From Octopus vulgaris (Eukaryota): a DNA stretch of 64,000 nt. Under the pieces are notes generated by a model. The model saw only the letters and a list, made by a program, of their open reading frames with translations, made no database searches and was not told the origin of the DNA. The DNA lies in assembly GCA_951406725.2 (NCBI GenBank), contig OX597818.1:109802001-109866000 (forward strand), given 5' to 3'. The position numbers and the translations under genes were made by a program. Shown in pieces: positions 45,283-61,867 of this stretch. Numbering within the stretch: the first letter of the stretch is position 1; every line of letters begins with the position of its first letter.

Positions 45283-46077
45283 TATAATTAAAATCACAAT
45301 AAGAGTGAAAAAAATTGAATATTAATTAATAACATCAATTCAAAACACCAAGTGGCCTAGCGTAAAAAAAGACTGGGATACAGTAAAAATCATTAATACA
45401 AGTAATAAGAGAGAGACCACATGTGGTCACTCTAACGCAAGATATAGATCAAGCAATTGCTTGAGAACAATTCTTTAGTGGTGGATTCCCTTTGCGGATC
45501 TGTATCTAGCGTTAGAATGACCACATGTGGTCTCTCTCTTATTACTTGTATTAATAATTTTTACTGTGTCCCAGTCTTTTTTTACGCTAGGCCACTTGGT
45601 GTTTTGAATTGATGTTATTAATTAATATTCAATTTTTTTCACCCTTATTGTGATTTTAATTATAAATTAATATGTTCTCAAACCGGCAGTAAATTACTGG
45701 GGTAGTATTTACATCCGGTATTTTCAACGCGCCAAAAATGAGGATATTTGAACATAACTGCAAATATAATCGGCTGTGCCTGTTCGCCTTTGCTCGGCTT
45801 CGTATGGATTTTGGCGTTCGGTTCAGCAAATTATATTTTTGATATACTCTACTGAGGATTCGAAAATGATTATGTAAGTAAAATTACACAATCTATTAAC
45901 GATGAAACAATTGTATAGAGTTAATCTATTTTTTCGTTATTTTTCATTTGCCCTGCCCGCTTACATTCTTGGCGTGTTGAATTATTGCTTGAGAACAATT
46001 CTTTAGTGGTGGATTCCCTTTGCGGATCTATATCTAGCGTTAGAGTGACCACATGTGGTCTCTCTCTTATTACTTGT

Positions 46078-46079
<2 letters not shown>
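45283..46079 (+). mobile_element. Retrozyme/pLTR-like element: 528-nt HHR monomer with 96-nt terminal direct repeat plus inverted 5' arm
   Basis: Direct repeat 45456-45551/45984-46079; inverted repeat 45283-45450/45497-45664; HHR at 45846-45921; TA-rich flanks. Confidence 0.8.
45846..45921 (+). ncRNA. Type I hammerhead ribozyme
   Basis: actcta-CTGAGGA-ttcg...cgat-GAAAC-aatt-GTA-tagagt; 6-bp helix I, palindromic helix III. Confidence 0.8.
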
Positions 46080-46113
<34 letters not shown>

Positions 46114-46121
46114 ACATATAT

Positions 46122-46187
<66 letters not shown>

Positions 46188-46192
<5 letters not shown>

Positions 46193-46483
46193 CTAGCCAG
46201 AGTTCAGTGTCTAGTACTGGTAGTCTATGGTTGGGGTGTTTAGTGGGGTAGTCTATTGTGACCTTAATACTCTGGTGGATGGAGTTAGCTATTTGCTGGA
46301 TGCTCTCCATAGTATTAGTTTCTATTACTATATCAACATTACTCTCTTGTGGGGGTGCCTTTACCACTATGTTGATATCATCAACATAGCGTAAAGAGAC
46401 ACATACAGTATTTCATTCACCGCATGCAGTTCTCAGGTTACAGCCATAAATAAAGGATCAGAGTATACAAAGGAGCCATGAAG

Positions 46484-46487
<4 letters not shown>
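46188..46487. mobile_element. Rearranged internal fragment of the same PLE RT, two pieces in opposite orientation, within (TA)n
   Basis: 46188-46391 matches ~41360-41562; 46392-46487 is the reverse complement of ~41095-41190. Confidence 0.85.
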
Positions 46488-46561
<74 letters not shown>

Positions 46562-47226
46562 TTAGGCTATTACGCCAGTTCAGAAACCGGTCTATGTGAG
46601 TCCAAATACTTGAATGTATGCAGAGAGATTGTTTTGGCCCGTTTGCTTTCGGACAGTTGATTTCTATAGTTATTATCAGTGTATTTTGGCGATTTAAATA
46701 AGTGTTATTTCTAGCAGATAGACAAACTTAGTATGTCCTTTGATTAATTTTTATCCTTCAGTTATTTAATGCTGTTTGGGGGGCCTGCAATCACCTATAT
46801 TATTGCTTCTGTTATCATCATTTTTAAATTGTTACACTAGAAAATCACAGGGTCAATGATATATTCACAAATTATTTTTTCGTGAATTATTTGCTCCATA
46901 TCGAAATTATATATATATATGTAAAGTGGCGGACTGGCCAGGTTCCAGCTTGTCCGATGGAAAGTGGGCCCCTGCACCATTAGACTCCATATATGGGGGC
47001 CTATGTTAGTATCTAAGGGGCCCATCCCCTCAAGTTTGAGAATTTTTTAATTCACTCCTGGAAGAATACATTAATTATTTCAGCCTTGCTGTGTTTGTAG
47101 ACAGTTGAAAAGAATACTTTTAACAAAAAAAAAGAAGAAAAAATTAAATGATAGCATTGTAGTTGCAGGTGGACACCCTTAGTCTCCTAGCAACCAATAC
47201 TTTTAGACCCAGTTCGACACTGTATA

Positions 47227-47326
<100 letters not shown>

Positions 47327-48284
47327 ATTATTTATCTACTTCAATAAATTCGGGCAATTTTTTTTAATGACAATTTTATGTTTATTACATAATTATGATG
47401 CCAAAACAAATAGATTTATAAATCTTAGGTCAAAACCTCCTTGACAATTTTCAACATGTCCTCCGTCTGTATCACTGCAAATTTCATATCTATCGTTGCA
47501 AAGAATATTTTTGAAGTACACTGCTAACTTTACGTTCTGAGTTCAAATTCCACCGAGGTTGACTTTGCCCTTCATCCTTTCGGGGGTGATAAAATAAGTA
47601 CCAGTTGAATACTGAGCCATTACCTCGGAATTGCTGCCCCTGTGTCGCAATTTTAAACCAATATTAATATTATTATAGGCGGCGAGGTGGCAGAATCGTT
47701 AGCACACCGGGCGAAATGCGTAGCATTATTTCGTCTGCCGCTACGTTCTGAGTTCAAATTCCGCCGAAGTCGACTTTGCCTTTCATACTTTCGGGTCGAT
47801 TAAATAAGTACCAGTTACGCACTGGGTCGATATAACCGACTTAATCCCTTTGTCTATCCTTGTTTGTCCCCTCTATGTTTAACTCCATGTGGGCAATAAA
47901 GAAATATATGTTAATGTTATTATTGAATTATGAATTGAATAAATAAGAATAAACCTATTTGATTGATCTCTTAAATAATTTAAACAAACCAGTTAGTACA
48001 AATAAATCCTTTTTGTTTTAGTAGTGTATCCTAATGATAGCTAAATCGATGACTTAGTAGCTAGGACTAACTGTCCAACCATAATAACAGTGAAGAGGGC
48101 GAGTTTGAATCGTTGATTACATCATCGATGGATCTAAGCTAAAGACTGTAAATAAATAGGACCTCGTAATTGTAGGGGTCATGTCAGGGCTTATCTTGAA
48201 ATCAATAGAAAAACCAAAGTGATGACAATAGATCAATAACTGCTTAATAATTGTGGCAATAAATTTTGACTGCTTAACTGACTC

Positions 48285-48315
<31 letters not shown>

Positions 48316-48578
48316 CATACATACATACATACATACATACATACATACATGCATACATACATACATACATACATACATACAAGCATACATACATACATAC
48401 GTACGTACATACATGCATACATGCATACATGCATATATACATACATACATACAAAAATATCCTGTTGTTGATATTGAAGTTCCAGTGAAGGAGCCTTGGA
48501 TCTAGGTTAGAAACCGGCTCCTACTCTATTGGCAGGGAATCTTTAAATAAAACTGAATACTGACATACATACACACAC

Positions 48579-48840
48579 AATTACAAGAGAGCTATTGACA
48601 GTTTCATGCTTTAAGATACATTAAATTAGTAGATTTATATTACATCCTATGTATTTCCAAGAAATCATTCAGACTCAGTTAATAACGTTTTTTCTCGTAT
48701 TTTCTCAAAGGCCAGCCTTTCTTGTTTTTAATGCTATGAACTGAACCTGAATGATTTCTTGGAAATACATAGAATGTTATATAAATATGATAATTTAATG
48801 TATCTTAAGGCATGAAACTATTGGTAACTTCTTTGTAATT
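48579..48840. repeat. Degenerate inverted repeat (~100-bp arms)
   Basis: 48579-48680 versus 48739-48840. Confidence 0.7.
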
Positions 48841-49828
48841 ATTTATATCAAATGACATTTATCTCCCACCGGATGGAGTAATTTTTTGCTGATCCTACCT
48901 ATAATGGACCTATAAATAGTATATATCTATATACCGATACCAGTGTGTGTGCGCGCGATGACAATGGGTACTCAATACCGCGTTGGTGGATGAAAATTCT
49001 TTATTTGTGTTTTAAGGCTACCATTAGATTCATTTTAAGAAAATATCTTAAAAACTTTCAAGCCGATCACATGGAGAAATTGTGATATTTTCTTAACATG
49101 AAACCAATGATAGCCTTAATACACAAATAAAGTTTGTGTGTGTGTGTGTGTATGCAATTATTAACTTGTGCGTATGTAATGTCTTTAAAATATAAAATAA
49201 AACCAATAAATTTTTAAATAATTTTGACTTAAAAAAACATTAAAATGTGTGTTTCGAAGATCTGCGATCTTCTGGACAGTGGCATTATAGTCGCTCCAAT
49301 TCATTGATTGTTGGCTTTCTAATATAAATCGTTTAAAGAAATCTTTTAAAATTCCCGAAAACAATTCCTGCTTGTTCGGCAAATAAGCCGAGGTAACTTT
49401 TTCAACGTTGAAATCTGGGACCAAAATTTCGGCTTTTATGCCGGCATATCCTGTACTTTTAATGCATGGGTTAGTATTAGTACAGTATACCTCTTAAGGG
49501 TCTATGAAACAAACGCCCGCATCTGTGTGACTGTGTGAAATGTTTGTTCACTATTTTAAGGAATATCCTTCCCACACAAGTTTTAACGTTCAGTGAGAAG
49601 GGTGACACAAACCAAATGACTTTAACGGTGGCATTTCCTTTGCAGGTGTTAGGGCCCGGCATATAGGAGATACGGTCCTTAAATCCACTGGACACCAGAG
49701 CCTCGTTGTAATATAGAGCAATAGTAGAAGACACTCGCTCGAGGTGCCACGCAGTGGGACTGAACTCTGAACCATTTGGTTGGGAAGCAAACTTCTTACC
49801 ACACAACCATATAGAGAATTCTTTGACA

Positions 49829-50240
49829 TAGGCGCAGGAGTGGCTGTGTGGTAAGTAGCTTGCTAACCAACCACATGGTTCCGGGTTCAGTCCCACTGCC
49901 TGGCATCTTGGGCAAGTGTCTTCTGCTATAGCCCCGGGCCGACCAATGCCTTGTGAGTGGATTTGGTAGACGGAAACTGAAAGAAGCCTGTCGTATATAT
50001 GTATATATATATGTATGTGTGTGTTTGTGTATCTGTGTTTGTCCCCCTAGCATTGCTTGACAACCGATGCTGGTGTGTTTACGTCCCCGTCACTTAGCAG
50101 TTCGCCAAAAGATACCGATAGAATAAGTACTGGGCTTACAAAGAATAAGTCCCGGGGTCGATTTGCTCGACTAAAGGCGGTGCTCCAGTATGGCCGCAGT
50201 CAAATGACTGAAACAAGTAAAAAAAAAAAAAAAAAAAAAA
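49829..50240 (+). mobile_element. SINE type B with poly(A) tail just upstream of the neuropeptide exon acceptor
   Basis: Full-length copy; A-tail 50219-50240. Confidence 0.85.
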
Positions 50241-50311
50241 TGTGTAATTTCGTCATATTAAGTCGTCTTTTTTTCTCTTCTCTTTCAGATTCTTTATTTT
50301 CTCCAACAGCG

Positions 50312-50400
50312 ATGGCCATACTTTACTATCTCCTCACTTTGCTTCTTGTGCTTCCTTATAACTGGGCTTGGTATGATCCGCAACTGAGCGAATTAAACAG
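50312..50400 (+). CDS. Calcitonin-type neuropeptide precursor, coding exon 1 (signal peptide MAILYYLLTLLLVLPYNWA + WYDPQLSELN)
   Basis: Pyrimidine tract + CAG acceptor at 50288 (alternative CAG at 50309), ATG at 50312, hydrophobic signal peptide, donor AG|GTAACA at 50401; phase 2 matches the next exon. Confidence 0.85.
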
Positions 50401-50835
50401 GTAACAGCCTTTCTGTTTTTTTCATAGGGTTGAATTAAATTGAACTATCGAAGATATAGATGCGCGCGCACATACACACACACATTATTAAATGCCATGT
50501 CTATTTCTATATCACGTGATCGACCAGATTATAGGATGTTGTTATACATCGCTGGTCACAATGTGCTTTGCATCATTTCAGCTTTTGCATGATGTCACCA
50601 CGCATCATTCGAAACACAACGCGTCGTTTGGTCTGGGAAGCGAACCCACGATCACTAGATCGCTAGTGCAAAACTCTAACCACTGGGCCACGCGCCTTCT
50701 CCTATTTCAATTCCTATTTCAAAATGTATTCAATACACGAAGATTAGCAGGAAATCACACACTCACCTATAAGAGAACAGGGCATGCGCAGACTAGAAAC
50801 AACAGCCACGCTTAATGGATGTTAGCTTACAAGGC

Positions 50836-51252
50836 ATTAGTCATACACATCAAACATATTAGACATATACATCAAACATATTAGTCATATACATCAAACA
50901 TATTAGTCATACACATCAAACATATTAGTCATACACATCAAACATATTAGTCATATACATCAAACATATTAGTCATACACATCAAACATATTAGTCATAT
51001 ACATCAAACATATTAATCATACACATCAAACATATTAGTCATATAATCAAACATATTAGTCATACACATCAAACATATTAGTCATACACATCAAACATAT
51101 TAGTCATATACATCAAACATATTAGTCATACACATCAAACATATTAGTCATATACATCAAACATATTAGTCATATACATCAAACATATTAGTCATATACA
51201 TCAAACATATTAGTCATATACATCAAACATATTAGTCATACACATCAAACAT
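50836..51252. repeat. 22-bp minisatellite, ~19 copies (ATTAGTCATAYACATCAAACAT)
   Basis: Directly visible tandem array, no spacers. Confidence 0.95.
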
Positions 51253-51678
51253 ACATGACGGCGTCTGATGAAAAAGTATCCGGGCCGATGCTATATAAAG
51301 AAAACTACACACACATGTTTTGTTTTTGGATTTGGTTTGCAAGATTCTTTATATGAGTTCGTGTGTTGAAGTATATTCTGTTGTGTCTGGGGAGAGTCAT
51401 TTTCTTTTTGTGCTTTATAATGTAACACACTCACCGGTAAAATTTCCACTTGTTTCTTGTTTTTATTTTCCTAAAATTTTCGTTGCGTCTTGCAACCCTT
51501 TCGATAGTTTCTCGGTGATTGTGTTACATTATAAGGCAAAAAATGAAAATGACTCTCTCCAGACACAACAAAATACACACACAAGAACCCGGCATTTAAT
51601 CCCCTTCGAAGTGGTCCCCTTCCTGCGCCATTTCCATTGATGGAAGCATTCCTGGAACTCCTTTTAAGGGAACGCGAG

Positions 51679-55300
<3,622 letters not shown>

Positions 55301-55669
55301 GCTGGAAGTCTGGAAAATAAAACTATAGACATCAATCGCTTATTTGGTTTATTTGTTATATTTGTGAAAACAGTTCTGAATAACAATGCATCGAAGGCGC
55401 TCTTGTTTTAGGATGAATTTCTAAAAACCGTAAATTAGATTTTTAATAAACGGCGACGCCCATGAATGTCTTTTTTCGGTTCCCAGTTCAAAGAACGCTG
55501 CTCTTCTCTCTTACAAAATGAGAACAAATTCGATTATGAAGTTATATCTGTTTGCGATCGTTGGCCAACCCGAACAAAGCTGACCTCGCGCGAATAACAA
55601 TTCATTTACAAAAACTCCAAAATGCAATCAATGAAATCCACACACATTGACAACGACACACGCATAAGC

Positions 55670-55680
55670 CTATAAACACT

Positions 55681-55748
<68 letters not shown>

Positions 55749-55767
55749 AACATACAAGCACACAAAT

Positions 55768-55805
<38 letters not shown>

Positions 55806-56039
55806 AAGCACACAAAGAAACACACAGAAACACTGATACAAACATACACACATTTATATACACACACATATATACACACACGCATATACGCACACACAAA
55901 TACACACTCACGCACACACACACATGCACAAACACTGATACAAACACATACGCACATAAACACACACGCACACACACACACAAACACACGCACGCGCGCA
56001 CACACACAAACACAAATGCACTCACACACAAATAAACAA

Positions 56040-56070
<31 letters not shown>

Positions 56071-56290
56071 CTGATACAAACACACACACACCCGAACACA
56101 CGCATGCACACACACACGCACACAAACAGAAATGTACTCACACACAAATATACAAGCACACACATACACAAACACCGATACAAACATATACACACCCAAA
56201 CACACGCACACACACGCACACAAATACACAAACGTGCTCACACTCAAATGAACAACCCCCACACACACACACATGGACACACACTCATGA
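55670..56290. repeat. Long degenerate (CA)n-rich simple repeat
   Basis: Direct inspection; a similar tract lies at 11600-12570. Confidence 0.9.
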
Positions 56291-57880
56291 AAACGTTGGT
56301 CCACATAATGTTGTTGATATTCAAGCTTCAGGATGTCCCGAGCGCGTTTCTACGACTGAAGAATACGAAGAAAAGACATTCCTATCAGAAGACCGGCTTC
56401 ATTTTTTTTTCCCCCATTTTGAAGTTTCTTTCCTGTCTTGATATCAGTCTTCCGTAGAGTTGCATTGGACCCGAAGGTAAGGTTTGTAGCGAAGTAAGTG
56501 GTGAGTGGGGGCGTACAAAAAGGTTTTAAAACCTACTTCGCAAAGTATAGGATTAACTTAAGATTCGGTCGCTGTTTTTCAAATATTGGTTTCAAATTTT
56601 GGCACAAGGCCAGCAATTTCGGGAGAGGTGGTAAGTTGGTCCCAGCGCTCATTTGGTGCTTATTTTATCGATCGCGATAGGGATGAGAGGCAAAGAAAAC
56701 TTCGGTGGAATTTGAACTCATGATATAAAGATGGACAAAATGCCGCTAAGTATTTTGTCCGGCGTGCTTACGATTCTTACTCTAGGCACAAGGCCTGAAA
56801 TTTTGGGGGAGGGGGCCAGTCGATTAGATCGACCCCAATACGCAGCTGGTATTTAATTTATCGACCCCGAAAGGGATGAAAGGCAAAGAAGACCTCGGCA
56901 GAATTCGAACTCAGAACGTAAAGACAGACGAAATACGGCTAAGCATCTCGCCCGACGTGCTAACGTTTCTGCCAGCTCGCCGCCTTAAGGCTGCTTATCA
57001 AATGCTAACAGGAAGTAATTATATAGTGTTGCAATGAGGGACCTAATCCAATAACATAAATTTCCACATTCGTCATTTTAGCCTTAAGCTATTGTCCTGC
57101 AATACACACGCACTGACTAGTTCCCCTTACTATACTACCAATGTGTCTCGAAGTTTATCCCACACCGTTGTTATTGCCTGGAAACACGCTGCGGTAGTTA
57201 AGAATCTCGTTGTTAAATATATAGCTAAACACTACATCGATCTAGGAGACGTTAGTGGTTATAGCCTGTGTGAACTGGTATCCAATAGCAACTTGACCGA
57301 CGTGGTACGTTTAGGTCACCATCTGACAACCGTTACAGTGAGTGAAACTGTAAAAATGTAGCAAATCTGTTTTAGTTTGGATTATTGTTTGCGTTCTTCG
57401 CTTCAGTCGTGCGATACTTCGACAATAATGGAATGCTATGATGATCATACTTAATTTGGCACTCTGTCGGTTACAATGACCTGCGGGTTCCAGTTGATCT
57501 GACCTGCGGAATAGCCTGCTCGTGAAAATTAACATGCACGTGGCTGAGCCCTCTACACACACGCATACGCTTAAAGTAGTTTTCAAGGGGAGTCAACATG
57601 ACTCAGAAGGGTACAAAGCTGGCCCTTTGAATGGCGGGTACGACTCATCTGACAAAAATGAGTTGTACGTCTATTCATAGCTATTCGCTGGGGCATTAGG
57701 AGAGTCAGTTAAGTTGGTTTGCAAGACTGGGTGACTCAACAGACGTTTATATCTTCGCCTTTTTCGTTCGTTCGTTAAACAATGTCTGCATGCATGAAAT
57801 ACACAGTATTAAACAGAAAATATATCACAGGATAAATAACTCTTTTATCTTCTTTTCTTTTTTTCTGTTGTGGTTTACAG

Positions 57881-57958
57881 TATTCGTGTCAATCCTAGTG
57901 CAAGGGATGTACCGCTAAACAGGTTCCAAAACAGACTTCAGACTCTTCTCAGACAAGC
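57881..57958 (+). CDS. Calcitonin-type precursor, coding exon 2 ((S)IRVNPSARDVPLNRFQNRLQTLLRQ(A))
   Basis: Long polypyrimidine tract + TTTACAG acceptor, 78-nt exon, donor GC|GTGAGT; only one frame is open and it is the phase 2-2 frame needed to join exons 1 and 3. Confidence 0.85.
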
Positions 57959-58459
57959 GTGAGTATAATCGTGAGACAACGATTTGTTTCATGACTTTTA
58001 ATCTTTTATCTTTTACTTGTTTCTGGCATTAGACTACGGCCATGCTGGAGCACAGCCTTGAAGAATGTTTAGTCGAATTAATCGACGCCAGTACTTGTTT
58101 TTAAAAACCTGGTACTTATTTCATCGGCTCCTTTAGCTGAATTGCTAAGCTACGGGGATGTAAACACACCAACATCGGATGTCAAGTAGTGGTCGAAACA
58201 AACACAGACACAAGGACACACACACATAATAACGAAATTAGTTCGACACAATATAAAACCAAAATGGAACATTCAGTTGTCACTAATAGTGGCTGAGGAT
58301 GTAGGGTAGCACCTACATTGCTAGAAACAAGAGTCAAAGAACCTGATAGCTACAAAAAGCACATCATCTATATACTGACAGGGGTGATAACTGCCCCACA
58401 GCGAGCGACGTCACTATACTAGCACGCTAGTTTCCGTTGAAATTAAAGCTCATCAGTAA

Positions 58460-58521
<62 letters not shown>

Positions 58522-58575
58522 GTTATGAGAGATAATGGTGTCAATAAGACTATTGCTTAACTATTTTCTCACACC

Positions 58576-58624
58576 GTTTCCGATGAAGGGATATAAAAAA
58601 ATATCCCGGAAATAGCTGTAAAAC
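58576..58624 (+). ncRNA. Minimal hammerhead-like motif (U4C variant)
   Basis: gttt-CCGATGA-agggatat aaaaaa atatcccg-GAAAT-agct-GTA-aaac, in an insert running from a TA/GA tract to a TA tract (58521-58688). Confidence 0.65.
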
Positions 58625-59729
58625 CTATTTATAAATGTTCTAAAATGTTCACAGCCTTGGTTTTTTATCTCATTCTGAAAAAAAATTATATATATATATA
58701 TATATTTAAGTAGGCGAATGAATTATCCTTATATACACAAAGGTACTACATGAGTACCTATATCGCTAATGATAGAAGTCAAAAAATACTTCTGTACCAC
58801 CAAATCGTCACAAATCTATTACAGACAAGACAGGGAAAAATATCAGAGAACAATAATAATGTCTTACCTCAAATGGGTCAGAACAAGAAAATGCTGGTCA
58901 ACCTGGTACCGGTTTCGCGAACTTTCGCAGGAATGACGATTTATATAATCGTCAAAGTTTCATAAACGTATTTATATATTTTATAAGGTTATACTCCAAA
59001 CAAAGATGTGAGTAAACAATTTCTTTCTTTATACATTAGCATAAATGCGAAACTGTGGTGGGGAATAAACACACTTTAGATTCGTTTGGATTTGTTTCTG
59101 ACATATTTTATATTCTAAAAAGAAGTTCACTGCAATTTACCGTGAAGAAAAAGAAATTGCTCGATTATAGTAAGGGATAAATATATTGTTGTCTGATCAG
59201 TTGCGCCCTCCTTTGGGTCCCTAGATTCATTTCTGGCTCGTTATCCTCCTATGGCAGAGAATACCAAAGAGGGGTGACTCTCAGCTGATTAGTAAACCGC
59301 CGTAGCTTTATAATAAATTAGTCAATACTAGTGACTGATTTACATTCGTTGACCGCCCAGTCTGAACAAATACTTAAATTGTAGCGTGAAGCAATGATGG
59401 GAAATAAATTTTAGGTGAGTTCAGATATGTTTGTAACTTTTAAAAGCAATTTCCTTGGAGTTTACCGTGCTAGAAATTTATAACGAGCCAGAATTCCATT
59501 TTGGGGTCCAACAGAAGGCGCCACTGAAGTCACGATGATGTATTTATATATAAGAGAGAAATTTTTCATGGTAAACCGCAGTGAAATTGCTTTGAGATGC
59601 ATAAGTATGTCAGAAACATATTTGAAATAACATGAAGCTTCTTCCTTTCTTTATGTAAATAAAACCAAAAAAACGCACTTCGCTCAGATTCTTGATAAAT
59701 ATATTGTTTTCATTTCCTTTCTGTTATAG

Positions 59730-59913
59730 ACGGAAGAGAGGCTGTGATAGTAAAATAGGCGGGCTTGGAGGCCAGTGTCCAACGTACCACACCTCGTTAG
59801 ATTTAGACAGATGGCGTTATCTGGACAGTTCGCAGAGTCCCGGCCGGAGGAAGAGGAATATCATTCAATTAAAATCAAAACTGCAGCAGAAGCGTGGCAC
59901 CAATCTTATGTGA
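59730..59913 (+). CDS. Calcitonin-type precursor, coding exon 3: RKR-GCDSKIGGLGGQCPTYHTSLDLDRWRYLDSSQSP-G-RRKR-NIIQLKSKLQQKRGTNLM*
   Basis: Acceptor TTTCCTTTCTGTTATAG; basic cleavage sites flank a 34-aa peptide with two N-terminal Cys and C-terminal Pro-Gly (Pro-amide), the calcitonin family signature. Confidence 0.9.
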
Positions 59914-59975
59914 AGAATGCTTTATTAATTCCTAAACAAAAACAAACATTATTTATCTCGTGTTTATGTTTCGAG

Positions 59976-59981
59976 AATAAA
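59976..59981 (+). terminator. Candidate polyadenylation signal of the calcitonin-type gene
   Basis: AATAAA about 60 nt after the stop, followed by a GT/T-rich stretch. Confidence 0.45.
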
Positions 59982-60997
59982 GAGAAATATTTCGGCAACA
60001 TCTCGGTTTTGTTTCCTTTGTCTTTTGTTTGTTTTCAGCTATGAGACGCCGGTATGCTGGGGCACCGATTGAAGAATTCTTGGTCAATCGAATCTATCTC
60101 AATCCTTTTATAAAACCTGGTACTTACTACTATCGGTCTCTTTGGTCGAACTGCTAAGTTACGGGAACGTAAACACACCAACGCCAGTTGTCAAGTGGTG
60201 GTTGGGGACAAATAGAGTCACAAAAGCACACACACACACGCACACACACACAGATACACACACGTACACATATGCACGCGCGCGCACTGCGGTCAATGTT
60301 GATTAATTTGCGATGAAATTTCTGTATATATTTGTTCACCAATTATATTACTATTGTTTGAAACTGGTTGCTTTAAAAATAAATTCACTTAACCCAAACA
60401 AATCCAGTGTGTTTTAAAAGGTTTCTCATATTATAAGATTTAAGCTTTATTAATCCATTACTTTTGGCACAAAAACAAAAATTATGGAAGCCGGATTAAG
60501 TCAATTCGAATAACAATAGAACAGCTGGATGTGAAGTCAGATCGTGAGGAACGTCTGCCGCTACGTTCTGAGTTCAAATTCCGCCAAGGTCGACTTTGCC
60601 TTTCATCCTTTCGGGGTCGATTAAATAAGTACCAGTTACGCACTGGGGTCGATATAATCGACTTAATCCGTTTGTCTGTCCTTATTTGTCCTCTCTGTGT
60701 GTAGCCCCTTGTGGACAGTAAAGAAATAGGTATTTCGGCTGTCTTTAAGTTCTGCGTTCATATTCCGTCGGGATCGACTTTGTAAACATAACTTCTTATG
60801 TAATTCTTTGACTTTTAAGTTTCGCAAACTTATTGTATGTTGTCTGTTAATAGATTATAAAGATTAAAAAAGAATATCAGTAACGGATTCGGCATGAAAA
60901 TTACATCGACGAATTGGTGCGAACATGCCTGATGTAGCGAGTAAGAAATTTTGATCAATTAAAATTGCGTCAACAGTGAGGAGAAAGAATGATTATA

Positions 60998-61460
60998 GTA
61001 AAGATTGTTTGCCAACATAAAGTGGCAGTCCCGGTTTAGGACGAATGTTGCTGTAATTCAGCCCCAGGAAACATCGTCCCTAGCTGGTTATACGACAAGA
61101 TCTGAGTCCTTTTATTTTCGAACAAGGGAATCTAGCATCCCCACACAGATCTCTGTATCGCGATTTCCAGGTTATTTCCTTTCATCAACACCGGATAATT
61201 GTTTGGCTAGAGGTGGCGCTGGCAAATTCCCGTTCGAAATATATAGTTTTCAAAGTGACAACTAGTCACTGATCTATAAATTAGAAAATTACTATTTTTT
61301 AAATCTCACAATGTGAGATATTCAGTGAGATATTGTTCGAAAATATAAGGAGACAGATCGTGTCGTATAGCCATCTAGAGACGATGTCTCCTGGGGCTAA
61401 ATTACAGCAACATTCGTCCTAAACCAGGACTGCCATGTTATGTTGGCAAACAATCTTTAC
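60998..61460. mobile_element. MITE with ~125-bp TIRs and TA target duplication
   Basis: ta|gtaaagattgtttgccaacataa...ttatgttggcaaacaatctttac|ta. Confidence 0.85.
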
Positions 61461-61791
61461 TACAAAGAACGATTAGTTCAATTATTTGTGTTCGTTAAGT
61501 AAGTCAGAGGAGATAAGCTTAGAATTCTAATAAAAATTAAAATTAAAATGAGAGGAATGCAGTGATAGGAATGAGAGTGATCTTAGCAGTGTGTGGATAA
61601 TTTCGCACGTTTTGTTCTTATTCGGCCTCATCAGTATAGGATATACTGATTAAAGATAAGATATAAAATTCTAAATACTGTAACTCTGCAGTGTTCAGCA
61701 CTTTATGTCAATTTGCATTTAAGTTGCTGACATAAATTACAGCTGCCGCCACCGCCGCCGCTGCTGCTGCTGCTGCTACTACTACTACTAT

Positions 61792-61867
<76 letters not shown>

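Noticed and set aside
50836-51252. CRISPR-like array
   Set aside because: Contiguous 22-bp units without unique spacers, in eukaryotic DNA; it is a minisatellite
58900-58960. Minus-strand TTGACGA...GAAACCGGTA hammerhead
   Set aside because: Helix I does not pair and U3 is uncompensated
60998-61460. Member of the HHR palindrome system
   Set aside because: It has a single TA TSD, symmetric TIRs and no HHR core; an ordinary Tc1/mariner-type MITE
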